Assembly (NCBI GenBank): GCA_022702125.1
Contig: JAKOND010000210.1
Location: forward strand, 17,322 to 81,321
Length of the DNA: 64,000 nt
Source: Burkholderiaceae bacterium
GTDB taxonomy: Bacteria; Pseudomonadota; Gammaproteobacteria; Burkholderiales; Burkholderiaceae_C
Direction of reading: 5' to 3'
Shown here: in pieces, positions 16,728-26,207 of the stretch
How the letters are laid out: each line of letters starts with the position of its first letter
How positions within the stretch are numbered: the first letter of the stretch is position 1
The notes under the pieces: model-generated
Seen by the model: the letters and a program-made list of their open reading frames with translations, nothing else
Database searches by the model: none
Told to the model about the DNA's origin: nothing
Program-made: the position numbers and the translations under genes

Positions 16728-19445
16728 TCAGCCCACCGATGCCTGCCGGCACAGCAGCTCGGTGAATTCCTCGGCCGGCAGCGGCCGGGAGCACAGATAC
16801 CCCTGGAAGCTGTCGCAGCCGCGCGCATGCAGAAAGGCGCGCTGCTCTTCCGTTTCCACGCCTTCGGCCAGCACCGACAGCCCCAGACTGTGGCCCATGG
16901 CGATGATGGCCGTGCAGATGGCCATGTCGTCGGTGTTCTGGGGCAGGTCGCGGATGAAGCTGCGGTCGATCTTGAGCACGTCGATGGGAAAGCGCTTGAG
17001 GTGGGCCAGCGACGAATAGCCGGTGCCGAAGTCGTCCACCGCCAGCCGCACGCCCAGCTCGCGCAGGCGCAGCAAGACCTGGCGCGCCTCTTCCGGACGC
17101 TCGGCCAGCGCGCCTTCGGTGATCTCCAGCTCCAGCTGGCGGGCCGGAAAGCCGCTGGCATGCAGCGCGCCGGCCAGGCCCGCGACCAGATCGCTCAGAT
17201 GGAACTGCCGGGGCGAGAGGTTGAGCGCCAGCGTGGCCGAGAGCAGGCCCGCATCGAGCCAGATCCGCCCCTGCCGGCAGACCTCGGCCGTCACCCAATC
17301 GCCCAGCGGGCCGATGAGCCCGGTGCTTTCGGCCACGGGAATGAAACGCGTCGGCGCGATGGGGCCCTCAACCGGATCGGTCCAGCGCACCAGCGCCTCG
17401 GCACCGACGATGCGGCCGCTGGCGATGTCCACCTGCGGCTGGTAGTGCATCTGCAGGTGGCCCTCGGCCATGGCCAGGCGCAGCCGGGCTTCGAGCGCCA
17501 GCCGCTCGCGCGCGGCGGCCGTCAGCCCCTCGTCGAAGAAGCACCAGGCGCCGCGGCCGTGCGCCTTGGCGCCGTGCACCGCCGCGTGCGCACCCTGCAG
17601 CAGCGCCTGCGCCGAGGTGCCGTGCGCAGGAAAGAGGGCAATGCCCACGCTCGCGCCGGCCACCACCTCGAAGCCCTCGGGCGAGCGCCAGGGGTCGGCG
17701 GCGGCGGCGATCATGGTCTGGGCGATGGTGCCGGCGTCCTCGGGCTGGCCCAGGCGGCGCGCCAGCACGCCGAGCTCGTCGCCGCCCAGCCGGCCCACCA
17801 GCACGTCGGCCCCCATGGCGGACTGGACCTGCCGGGCGATGTGCTGCAGCACCTGGTCGCCCACCCCGTGGCCGTAGCTGTCGTTCACGTCCTTGAAGCG
17901 GTCGAGGTTGAGCAGCAGCACGGCCATCTGCTCGCCGCCGGGCCGCGCGGCCTTCACGGCTTCGTCCAGGCACTCGGCGAAGCGGCTGCGGTTGACCAGG
18001 GTGGTGAGCGGGTCGTTGTGCGCGAGGAACTCCAGCCGCTGGTACTGGGCCTTTTCCTCGGTGATGTCGGTGAACACGCAGACGTAGTGCGTGGTCTCGC
18101 CCGCGGCATTGCGCACGGCCGAGAGCGACATGTGCTCGGGGAACACCTCGCCGTTCTTGCGCCGGTTCCAGATCTCGCCCTGCCAGTGGCCCGAGCGGCC
18201 CAGGCGCTCCCACATCGCGGCGTAGAAGGCGCTGTCGTGCCGGCCGGACTTGAAGATGCGCGGCGTCTGGCCCAGCAGCTCGTCCTCGGTGTAGCCCAGC
18301 AGCCGGGTGAAGGCGGAATTGACCCAGAGGATGCGGCTCTGCGCATCGGTCACGACCACGCCCTCGACGGTGTTGTCCACCACGGCGATGGCCAGGCGAT
18401 GGCGCTCCTCGTCGCGGCGCTGCTCGTCCTCGTCGGCCAGGGTGCCCAGCAGGCGGCCGGGCCGGCCCTGGGCGTCGAGCTGGCGCCGGCCATGGGCGCG
18501 GAACCAGCGGTATTCACCGTCGAAGCAGAGCAGCCGGATGCTTTCGGCGAACGGCTCGTCCGATGCCAGCGCATGGCGGGCCGCAGCCAGCAGGCGCCGG
18601 CGATCGGCCCGCAGCACCCGGGGCAGCAGGCGGAAGTCGTGCGCGAAGTCTGCGCCCTGGTAGCGCAGCAGCCGCTCCACGCCCCCGGCGAAATCGAGCC
18701 GGTGCCGGCGCAGGTCCCAGTCCCACACGCCGATGCCGCCGCCGTCGAGCGCCTGCTGCAGCCGCGCCTCGCTGCGCTCCAGGGCGCGGCGGGTGGTGCG
18801 GGCATCGGTCAGATCCTGCAGCACGCACAGCAGGTGCTCGGGCGTGTCGCCGGAGGCGGGGATCAGGCAGGTGGTGCCCAGCAGGGGCATGCCTGCGGCG
18901 TCGTCTTCGTCGTCATCGCAGCCCTCGTCGCCCGCTCCTTCGGAGCCCGGCACACGCCGCAGGCGGTACTGGGCCACCTCGTTCTCGGCCCCGGCCTCGC
19001 GCAGGCGTTCGGCCAGCCCCGCCTCGGCCTGCGGATCGACCGGCTGCACCAGCGCCTGGAAATCGAAGCCCTCCGGCACGGCGCCATCGCGGGGCAGGCC
19101 CAGCCACTGGCGCAGGCAGGCGTTCATCCACAGCAGGCGCCCGTCGAGCGCGATGCGCGCCATGCCGGCAGGCAGCTGCCGTGCCAGCTGGTCGCGCTCG
19201 CGCAGGGCGGCCTCGCGGCGGGCCTCGGCGCGCTGCAGCCGCAGCAGCAGCCAGCCCGCCAGCGCGGCGCCCAGGGCCACGCACACCAAGCCGCCGGTCC
19301 GGTGCAGGAACGCGAGCTGCTCCGCATCGGCCGTCCAGGCACGAAGCGCGGCATCGCCTGCCAGCACGATCACCGTGCCGGCAGCCAGATATAGGAAGAC
19401 TCCCTGCCATAGGGAGCCCTTCGGGCCAGGGCCCTTGCTGTCCAT
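16728..19445 (-). CDS. Membrane PAS/PAC sensor with GGDEF and EAL domains (c-di-GMP turnover)
   Basis: The internal ATG at 19445 gives MDSKGPGPKGSLWQGVFLYLAAG (TM). PAS repeats follow, then a GGDEF domain with RLGGDELGVL, then an EAL domain (GAEALVRW...DDFGTGYSSL...LKIDRSF). Confidence 0.9.
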   Translation of the reverse strand: MDSKGPGPKGSLWQGVFLYLAAGTVIVLAGDAALRAWTADAEQLAFLHRTGGLVCVALGAALAGWLLLRLQRAEARREAALRERDQLARQLPAGMARIALDGRLLWMNACLRQWLGLPRDGAVPEGFDFQALVQPVDPQAEAGLAERLREAGAENEVAQYRLRRVPGSEGAGDEGCDDDEDDAAGMPLLGTTCLIPASGDTPEHLLCVLQDLTDARTTRRALERSEARLQQALDGGGIGVWDWDLRRHRLDFAGGVERLLRYQGADFAHDFRLLPRVLRADRRRLLAAARHALASDEPFAESIRLLCFDGEYRWFRAHGRRQLDAQGRPGRLLGTLADEDEQRRDEERHRLAIAVVDNTVEGVVVTDAQSRILWVNSAFTRLLGYTEDELLGQTPRIFKSGRHDSAFYAAMWERLGRSGHWQGEIWNRRKNGEVFPEHMSLSAVRNAAGETTHYVCVFTDITEEKAQYQRLEFLAHNDPLTTLVNRSRFAECLDEAVKAARPGGEQMAVLLLNLDRFKDVNDSYGHGVGDQVLQHIARQVQSAMGADVLVGRLGGDELGVLARRLGQPEDAGTIAQTMIAAAADPWRSPEGFEVVAGASVGIALFPAHGTSAQALLQGAHAAVHGAKAHGRGAWCFFDEGLTAAARERLALEARLRLAMAEGHLQMHYQPQVDIASGRIVGAEALVRWTDPVEGPIAPTRFIPVAESTGLIGPLGDWVTAEVCRQGRIWLDAGLLSATLALNLSPRQFHLSDLVAGLAGALHASGFPARQLELEITEGALAERPEEARQVLLRLRELGVRLAVDDFGTGYSSLAHLKRFPIDVLKIDRSFIRDLPQNTDDMAICTAIIAMGHSLGLSVLAEGVETEEQRAFLHARGCDSFQGYLCSRPLPAEEFTELLCRQASVG

Positions 19446-19514
19446 CGGTTTCCTCGCTGCGTGGACCAGGCTGCGCGGCACACCGCTCTGCGGTGCTGCG
19501 ACAATCGCCCGGCT

Positions 19515-20363
19515 ATGACCCAAGCCTACATTCTCACCCTGTCCTGCCCCGATCGACTGGGGCTGGTGCATGCCGTGTCCGGTTTTTTGCTGGAACAGGA
19601 CGGCAACATCGAAGAGGCCGCGCAATACAACGACCACGACACCGGCCTGTTCTTCATGCGTCTGCAGTTCGCCTGCGCCACGCATGACCAGGCCACGCTG
19701 CGTGAACGCCTGGCAGCCTTCGCCGCGCCGCACCAGATGCGCTGGCACCTGCACGCGGCCAGCGAGCCGGTGCGCACCGTCATCATGGTCAGCCGCGAAG
19801 GCCACTGCCTGAACGACCTGCTGTTCCGCTGGAAGTCGGGCCTGCTGCCGGTCCACATCGCGGCCATCATCAGCAACCACCGCGACTTCTACCAGCTGGC
19901 GGCCAGCTACAACGTGCCCTTCCACCACATCCCGGTCACCAGGGACAACAAGGCCCAGGCCGAGGCGCGGCAGTTCGAGATCATCGAGCAGGAAGGCGCC
20001 GAGCTGGTGGTGCTGGCGCGCTACATGCAGGTGCTGTCGGACGACATGTGCCGCAAGCTCGAAGGCCGTGCCATCAACATCCACCACAGCTTCCTGCCCA
20101 GCTTCAAGGGCGCCAAGCCCTACTACCAGGCCCACGACCGCGGTGTGAAGCTGATCGGCGCCACGGCCCACTACGTGACGGCCGACCTCGACGAAGGCCC
20201 GATCATCGAGCAGGACGTGGCCCGCGCCGACCACACCGACACGGTGGAAGACCTCACGGCCCGCGGCCGCGACACCGAGAGCCAGGTGCTGGCCCGCGCC
20301 GTCAAGTGGCACACCGAGCGCCGCGTGCTGCTCAACGGCCACAAGACCGTCGTCTTCCGCTGA
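19515..20363 (+). CDS. purU: Formyltetrahydrofolate deformylase
   Basis: MTQAYILTLSCPDRLGLVHAVSGFLLE is the ACT domain. INIHHSFLPSFKGAKPYYQAHDRGVKLIGATAHYVT..LDEGPIIEQDV is the formyltransferase core. Confidence 0.95.
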   Translation: MTQAYILTLSCPDRLGLVHAVSGFLLEQDGNIEEAAQYNDHDTGLFFMRLQFACATHDQATLRERLAAFAAPHQMRWHLHAASEPVRTVIMVSREGHCLNDLLFRWKSGLLPVHIAAIISNHRDFYQLAASYNVPFHHIPVTRDNKAQAEARQFEIIEQEGAELVVLARYMQVLSDDMCRKLEGRAINIHHSFLPSFKGAKPYYQAHDRGVKLIGATAHYVTADLDEGPIIEQDVARADHTDTVEDLTARGRDTESQVLARAVKWHTERRVLLNGHKTVVFR

Positions 20364-20373
20364 AGCCCCCGCC

Positions 20374-21321
20374 ATGGCCACCGGCAGCGGCACCCCGAAG
20401 GACGCCTTTTCCACACGCGGCCAGGACGGCGCCGCCGCCAACTGGGCCAGCGGGGCGCGGCGCATCCCGCCCATCCAGTGCCTGGTCACCTTCGAAGCAC
20501 TGGCCCGGCTGCGCAGCGTGACGCAGTCGGCCGAGGAGCTGTGCGTGACGCCCAGCGCGGTGAGCCATCGCGTCAAGCAGCTCGAACAGATCCTGGGCAC
20601 GCGGCTCTTCGGGCGGGCGGATTTCTCCCTCACCACCGAAGGCAGCGCCTACCTGGCCCAGGTGCGCGAAGGCCTGAGCGCGCTGCAGCGCTTTCCGGGC
20701 AGCGACGCCACGCCGGGCAAGCGCCGGCTGAAATTGGCCGTCACGCCCACGTTCGCGCGGGCCATCCTGATCCCGCGGCTGCGGCAGTTCACCGAGGTCT
20801 ATCCCGAGATCGACCTGGCGATGCAGGTGTCCATCCCGCTGCTGGACGTGGTGGCCGAGGACGCCGACCTGGTCGTGCGCTTCGGCCCCGGCCACTACGC
20901 CGACATGGAGCATGTGGAGATCGCGCGCGACATGGTGACGCCGCTGGCCTCGCCCGCCTTCCTGCGCGAGCACGGCCCCTTCGATCGGCCAGAGGACCTG
21001 GAAGGCATCCCGCTGCTGCGCAGCCCGCTGGAGCCCTGGCGCACCTGGTTCGCCGCCTGCGGCCTGGACTGGCCTGCGCCCAGCGAGGGCTCGCAGTTCA
21101 ACGACATCGGCCTGATGTGCGATGCCGCCGCCGCCGGCATGGGCGTGGCGCTGGTGCGCCTGAAGCTGGGCGCGCCCTGGCTGGACCAGGGCACGCTGGT
21201 GCGCCTCTTCGACATCCAGGCGCCCAGCCCGCATGCGCACTACCTGTGCTGGCGCACCGGCACCATGGACCGCTGGGAATGCGCGGCCTTCGCCGAATGG
21301 CTGCAGCGGGCGATGAACTGA
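20374..21321 (+). CDS. LysR-family transcriptional regulator (GcvA-like)
   Basis: The HTH is LVTFEALARLRSVTQSAEELCVTPSAVSHRVKQLEQILGTRLFGR. It follows an N-terminal extension of about 30 aa. Confidence 0.85.
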   Translation: MATGSGTPKDAFSTRGQDGAAANWASGARRIPPIQCLVTFEALARLRSVTQSAEELCVTPSAVSHRVKQLEQILGTRLFGRADFSLTTEGSAYLAQVREGLSALQRFPGSDATPGKRRLKLAVTPTFARAILIPRLRQFTEVYPEIDLAMQVSIPLLDVVAEDADLVVRFGPGHYADMEHVEIARDMVTPLASPAFLREHGPFDRPEDLEGIPLLRSPLEPWRTWFAACGLDWPAPSEGSQFNDIGLMCDAAAAGMGVALVRLKLGAPWLDQGTLVRLFDIQAPSPHAHYLCWRTGTMDRWECAAFAEWLQRAMN

Positions 21322-21416
21322 CCGCGCCACGGCCTCGCTCCCCGCAGGCCGCTGCCGCCACCGGCAGCCCCTGCAGCCATTTCCGCCGTCAGCGCTGACC
21401 CCGCCTGCGCCAGCCT

Positions 21417-21431
21417 CTATTGAATCAATAG
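21417..21431. promoter_or_regulatory. Perfect 15-bp palindrome 28 nt upstream of the helicase start; candidate operator
   Basis: CTATTGA-A-TCAATAG is an AT-rich island in GC-rich DNA. Confidence 0.4.
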
Positions 21432-21458
21432 CGGCGCACCTCCAACCCTCACCACACC

Positions 21459-23462
21459 ATGGCCCAGCCCCCCCACGACGCCCCTACCGCAGCCGCCGCC
21501 TTCAAGAAGCGCTACCCCACGCTGGAGCAGAACGCCGTGCTCAACGCCACGGCGCGCACGGTGCTCATCAGCGCCCTGGCGGGCACGGGCAAGACCACCA
21601 CGCTGGCGATCAAGGCCGCCGATCTGGTGCAGACCCGGGGCGCGCGCCGCGTGCTGATGCTGGCCTATTCCGACGCGGGCCTCGCCGCCATCCACGACCG
21701 GCTGGCGCGCTTCATGCCCTCCGACGCGCGCGAAGTGCAGATCATGACGGTGGACCAGCTCTGCGCCGGCCTGCTGGAAGCGCAGGGCCTGCCCGTGCAG
21801 CGCCTGACCGAGCCCCTGGAGCGCAATCTGTTGATCCGCCAGGCCCATGCCGCGCTGCAGCAGCAGGGCGACGCGCCGCCCGAGGCGGCGGACTTCCTGG
21901 CGCGCGAACTCGACGTGCAGGCCTTCACCGACTTCGAGGCCCTGGCCAAGCAGCGCCTGCTGCAGCGCGACATCGCCCGCGAGGGCCTCAGCGCCGCCGC
22001 CTACTGCCGCGAGCAGGCGCTGGACTACGGCCTCTACCTGCTGCTGCGCCAGTACGAGCGCCTGCGCCGGGGCCCCGACGACGAGCCGCTCTTCTACGCC
22101 CCGGGCGACTGCACCTACGAGATCGCCCGGCAGCTCTGGGAGCTGGACTTCGGCGACGCCTACGCCCCGCTGCAGGGCCGCTACGACGCGGTGCTGTTCG
22201 ACGAGCTGCAGGATCTGGACGAGGCCGCCATGCTGGTGCTGCGCCACCTGGTGGCCGGCGGCAACGGCGTGTTCGTGGGCGCGGGCGACTTCAACCAGCA
22301 CATCCTGCCCGGCGCCTTCTCCGTCTTCGGCGACGGGCTGGAGCGCATCCGCCAGCAGCTGCCCGAGCCGCCCGAGGTGCTGACGCTCAACACCACCTAC
22401 CGCTTCGGCCCGGCCATCTGCGACGGGCTGAACCCGCTCTTCGGCGTGGACTTCGCCGCGCACTACGCCACCAAGCCGGCGCGCTTCGAGCGGCTTGCGT
22501 ACGAAAGCGACGAAGACTGCGCCCGGCAGCTGCTGGCCATCCACCAGGCCGTGCGGCGCGAGCCGCCCGCCGCGAACGGTGCCGCGCCCTGCCTGAACGT
22601 GGTGCTGCGCTCGCCCGAGGATTCGGTGCTGCTGGAATGGCGCTTCGCCCACGAAGGCGTGCACTACGCCTGCAAGGGCCTCAAGCGCTTCTACCAGCGC
22701 CGCGAGATCGCGCTGGTGCTGGCCCTCTTCTGGGCCCTGCCGGGCTGCGGCAGCCAGGTGCGGCTCACCCAGGGCATTCTCAGCAGCGCCATCGAAGGCC
22801 TGCTGCGCTACGTGCGCCGCGCCAGCCGGCCCGATGCCGACCGGCTGGCCAACGGCCTCTTCGACCTGCAGGCGCTGGCGCAGACCTCCGCCGCCGAGGT
22901 GGACACCCGCGCCGTGGCCGCCGAGCTGCTGGCCCAGCAGGAACGCATGCGCGGCTTCCTGCTGCGCGCCAGCTTCGACCCGAACGCGCCCGTGGCTTCG
23001 GCCGCCTGCGAGGCCTGGCTGGCCCTGCCGCCCGAGGCCTGCGCCGACGCCGGCCGGCTCTGCCGCCACCCGCTGCTGCACCGCTTCTTCGCGGAGGCGC
23101 CCATCAGCCCCGAAGAACTGCGCCAGTGCCTGGACAGCCTGCAGGCGCTCTCGCGCATCTGCGCGGGCCTGAGCGTGGATGAATTCCTCGGCCAGCTCGC
23201 GCTCATGGTGCAGTCCAGCATCCGCCAGCACCGCCAGAACGAAGCGCCCAGCCTGCAGCTGCTGACCGTGGAGCGCTGCAAGGGCCACGAATACGAGCAC
23301 GTCGCCGTGCCCCTGGTCGAGTGCGGGCGCTTTCCACGCGCCGCCGCCCCGCAGGAGGCCTACCGCGAACGCAACATGCTCTACGTGGCCCTCACCCGCT
23401 CCACCCGCCGCCTGTGGCTGCTGGAAGGCCGCGAGCGGCCGGTGAGCCCGGGGCCGGTGTGA
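21459..23462 (+). CDS. Divergent superfamily-1 (UvrD-like) DNA helicase
   Basis: Walker A is LAGTGKTT and motif II is FDELQD. TYRFG, C-terminal ERCKGHEYEHVAVPL and MLYVALTRSTRRLWL (motif VI) are also present. It lacks the canonical UvrD/Rep signatures (GSGKT, TFTNKAA). The length is 667 aa. Confidence 0.85.
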   Translation: MAQPPHDAPTAAAAFKKRYPTLEQNAVLNATARTVLISALAGTGKTTTLAIKAADLVQTRGARRVLMLAYSDAGLAAIHDRLARFMPSDAREVQIMTVDQLCAGLLEAQGLPVQRLTEPLERNLLIRQAHAALQQQGDAPPEAADFLARELDVQAFTDFEALAKQRLLQRDIAREGLSAAAYCREQALDYGLYLLLRQYERLRRGPDDEPLFYAPGDCTYEIARQLWELDFGDAYAPLQGRYDAVLFDELQDLDEAAMLVLRHLVAGGNGVFVGAGDFNQHILPGAFSVFGDGLERIRQQLPEPPEVLTLNTTYRFGPAICDGLNPLFGVDFAAHYATKPARFERLAYESDEDCARQLLAIHQAVRREPPAANGAAPCLNVVLRSPEDSVLLEWRFAHEGVHYACKGLKRFYQRREIALVLALFWALPGCGSQVRLTQGILSSAIEGLLRYVRRASRPDADRLANGLFDLQALAQTSAAEVDTRAVAAELLAQQERMRGFLLRASFDPNAPVASAACEAWLALPPEACADAGRLCRHPLLHRFFAEAPISPEELRQCLDSLQALSRICAGLSVDEFLGQLALMVQSSIRQHRQNEAPSLQLLTVERCKGHEYEHVAVPLVECGRFPRAAAPQEAYRERNMLYVALTRSTRRLWLLEGRERPVSPGPV

Positions 23463-23519
23463 GCGCCCGACGCACTCACGAAAAAACAGGCTGCAGCCCG
23501 CCATCCGCCTGGGCATATC

Positions 23520-23536
23520 GCTCCTTTATCCATAGC
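23520..23536. repeat. Short intergenic element related to GCTAT-N7-ATAGC (copy 3, degenerate left arm)
   Basis: GCTCCtttatccATAGC shares 13/17 positions with copy 2. Confidence 0.4.
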
Positions 23537-23661
23537 AAATACGAGCCGCAACCCTGATGCGGACCTGATGCCGCCGGGCTGCGCGCACGATGCCGCCCCT
23601 TCACGCGGCGCTGAAAGAAAACTCACGCACCGGCGCGCGCCCATCCTCTACAGTGGCGGGC

Positions 23662-25185
23662 ATGAGCGCTGCCGTATCCCTTCCCCCCGCTTCCGCCCCT
23701 GAATCCGCGCCCAGCGCCGCCGAACGCGCCGCCCGGCAGGCCCAGGTGGTGCAGGCCCTCGCGGCCCACCTACCCGCGCACATGCTGCTCTGGCACGCGG
23801 AAGACACCACGCCCTACGAATGCGACGGCCTCACCGCCTACCGCCAGCGCCCGCTGGTGGTCTGCCTGCCCGAGACCGAGGCGCAAGTGCAGGCCGTGCT
23901 GCGCACCTGCCATGCGCTGCAGGTGCCGGTGGTGGCGCGCGGCGCGGGCACGGGCCTCTCGGGCGGTGCCATGCCGCATGCGCTGGGCGTCACGCTGTCG
24001 CTGGCGCGCTTCAACCGCATCCTCTCCGTCGATCCGGTGAGCCGCACGGCCCGCGTGCAGTGCGGCGTGCGCAACCTCGCCATCAGCGAGGCCGCCGCGC
24101 CCTGGCAGCTCTACTACGCGCCCGATCCGTCCAGCCAGATCGCCTGCACCATCGGCGGCAACATCGCCGAGAACTCGGGCGGCGTGCACTGCCTGAAGTA
24201 CGGCCTGACCGTGCACAACGTGCTGCGCGTGCGCGGCTTCACCGTGGAAGGCGAGCCGGTGGAATTCGGCAGCGAGGCGCTCGATGCCCCCGGCTACGAC
24301 CTGCTGGCCGCCGTGATCGGCAGCGAAGGCATGCTGGCCGTGACCACCGAGGCCACGGTGCGCCTCATCCCCAAGCCCCAGCTGGCGCGCTGCATCATGG
24401 CCAGCTTCGACGACGTGCGCAAAGCCGGCGATGCGGTGGCCGCCGTCATCGCGGCCGGCATTATCCCGGCCGGGCTGGAGATGATGGACAAGCCCATGAC
24501 CGCCGCCGTGGAAGACTTCGTCAAGGCCGGCTACGACCTCACGGCCGAAGCCATCCTGCTGTGCGAGAGCGACGGCACGCCCGAAGAGGTGGAGGAAGAG
24601 ATCGGCCGCATGAGCGAGGTGCTGCGCGCGGCCGGCGCCACCGCCATCACCGTGAGCGAGAACGAGGCCGAGCGCCTGCGCTTCTGGAGCGGCCGCAAGA
24701 ACGCCTTCCCGGCAAGCGGCCGCATCAGCCCCGACTACATGTGCCTGGATTCCACCATCCCGCGCAAGCGCCTGGCCGACATCCTCCTGGCCATCGCCGA
24801 GATGGAGAAGAAATACCGCCTGCGCTGCTGCAACGTCTTCCACGCCGGCGACGGCAACCTGCACCCGCTGGTGCTGTTCGACGCCAACGACCCCGAGGAG
24901 CTGCACCGCTGCGAGCTCTTCGGCGCCGACATCCTGGAAACCAGCGTGGCCATGGGCGGCACCGTCTCGGGCGAGCATGGCGTCGGCGTGGAGAAGCTCA
25001 ACAGCATGTGCACCCAGTTCACCACCGAGGAGAACGCGCAGATGTTCGCCCTCAAGGCCGCGTTCGACCCGGCCGGCCTGCTCAACCCGGGCAAGGTCAT
25101 CCCGACGCTGAACCGCTGCGCGGAGTACGGAAAGATGCTGGTGCGCGGCGGGCAGATCGCGCATCCGGATCTGCCGCGGTTCTGA
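23662..25185 (+). CDS. glcD: Glycolate oxidase FAD-linked subunit GlcD-like
   Basis: Similarity to E. coli GlcD, as I recall it, is strong end to end: PYECDGLTAYRQRPL, ARGAGTGLSGGA, YYAPDPSSQIACTIGGNIAENSGGVHCLKYGLTVHN, FHAGDGNLHPLVLFD, LNPGKVIPTLNRCAEYG. Confidence 0.9.
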   Translation: MSAAVSLPPASAPESAPSAAERAARQAQVVQALAAHLPAHMLLWHAEDTTPYECDGLTAYRQRPLVVCLPETEAQVQAVLRTCHALQVPVVARGAGTGLSGGAMPHALGVTLSLARFNRILSVDPVSRTARVQCGVRNLAISEAAAPWQLYYAPDPSSQIACTIGGNIAENSGGVHCLKYGLTVHNVLRVRGFTVEGEPVEFGSEALDAPGYDLLAAVIGSEGMLAVTTEATVRLIPKPQLARCIMASFDDVRKAGDAVAAVIAAGIIPAGLEMMDKPMTAAVEDFVKAGYDLTAEAILLCESDGTPEEVEEEIGRMSEVLRAAGATAITVSENEAERLRFWSGRKNAFPASGRISPDYMCLDSTIPRKRLADILLAIAEMEKKYRLRCCNVFHAGDGNLHPLVLFDANDPEELHRCELFGADILETSVAMGGTVSGEHGVGVEKLNSMCTQFTTEENAQMFALKAAFDPAGLLNPGKVIPTLNRCAEYGKMLVRGGQIAHPDLPRF

Positions 25186-25235
25186 CCCGTGCCTGCGGGG
25201 ACGAGCGCGGCGGCCATCCTTGTGCGCCCTGGCAG

Positions 25236-25442
25236 CTACAGGTAGCGCTGCAGCCGGGTGTCCGCCAGCCGCACCCAGTCGGGCAGCTCATGGGTCCAGA
25301 CCGAAGTGCTGTAGCTCAGGCGAAGGGCCTGGATCAGCCGAACCATCTGCTGCTCGCTGACCGGGCCGTGGCGCGTGCCATGCTCTTCGTAGAACCAGCC
25401 GACGGACGGCTGCGGGACCGGCCCGCCCGGAGCGCTGTTCAT
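25236..25442 (-). CDS. 68-aa GYF_2 (DUF4339)-like mini-protein
   Basis: GWFYEEHGTRHGPVSEQQMVRLIQALRLSYSTSVWTHELPDWVRLADT fits the W-Y-x-GP...vW...W pattern. Its ATG overlaps the upstream stop (ATGA). Confidence 0.65.
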   Translation of the reverse strand: MNSAPGGPVPQPSVGWFYEEHGTRHGPVSEQQMVRLIQALRLSYSTSVWTHELPDWVRLADTRLQRYL

Positions 25443-26074
25443 GCGTGCTCCTGCGCAAAGGCGGACTGTCCCGCGGAAGCCGCTACGCCCGGCACGCCCG
25501 GCTCCCCCCACAGGCGGTCGAGCGTCAGCCCCACGAGCGCAGAGACGTCGTCCGCGTTGAGATGCGCCTCCAGCACGACGTTCAGCTCGCTGAAAGGCAG
25601 CCTGCGCCTCTGGCTTGCGAATTCGATCTCGATGAACGAATCGACATGGACGGCGGCTCCATCCAGGATGCGCCACCGGGAATGCTCCGTCGCTTTCCTG
25701 AAATCCTCCAGACGGGCCAGCGCCCGGCCGCGCAGCCCCGCCAGCTCCGACCGCATCCCGTCCGTCACCGGCGGCTGCCGGACCTCCAGGGCCCGCAGCC
25801 GCGACAGCTGCATGCGCGTCTGCTTCTCGAAATAGGCCCGGGCATATCGATACTCGCACCGATACTCCACGACGGTCTGGCCTTGAGGGTCCGTGAAGGA
25901 GCGCCACCGCGTCGCCGAACAGGCCTGGCGTGCATCCAGGGCAACGCCAATGGTCGAGTAGGGCATGGCCGGCCAGACGGACTCTCTCACCAGCCGGACG
26001 TCGCCGTTGGCGCCTCCCGCCGCCCAGAACGCGATACCCAGCGCTACGGGCCAGCACAAGACACGCTTCTTCAT
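25439..26074 (-). CDS. Secreted hypothetical protein (211 aa)
   Basis: ATG 26074 has AAGGGGG upstream. The signal peptide is MKKRVLCWPVALGIAFWAAGGANG, and the mature part has two Cys. I recognise no family. Rare-codon use is atypical for this window. Confidence 0.7.
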   Translation of the reverse strand: MKKRVLCWPVALGIAFWAAGGANGDVRLVRESVWPAMPYSTIGVALDARQACSATRWRSFTDPQGQTVVEYRCEYRYARAYFEKQTRMQLSRLRALEVRQPPVTDGMRSELAGLRGRALARLEDFRKATEHSRWRILDGAAVHVDSFIEIEFASQRRRLPFSELNVVLEAHLNADDVSALVGLTLDRLWGEPGVPGVAASAGQSAFAQEHA

Positions 26075-26116
26075 CGGGACCCCCTTACTGTTGTGGTGCT
26101 TGCCCTACCCCGGAGC

Positions 26117-26134
26117 AACGCAGCATGCAGCGTT
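26117..26134. promoter_or_regulatory. Near-perfect 18-bp palindrome in the AT-rich divergent region; candidate XRE operator
   Basis: AACGCAGCATGCAGCGTT is 16/18 self-complementary. A tandem CAAAAAT x2 (26137-26150) and a TATATA -10-like element follow. Confidence 0.35.
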
Positions 26135-26207
26135 ACCAAAAATCAAAAATCAACTTAACTATATACAAAGTTACGCCACCCCAGCGACCTCTCCATAGCG
26201 TAATGGT

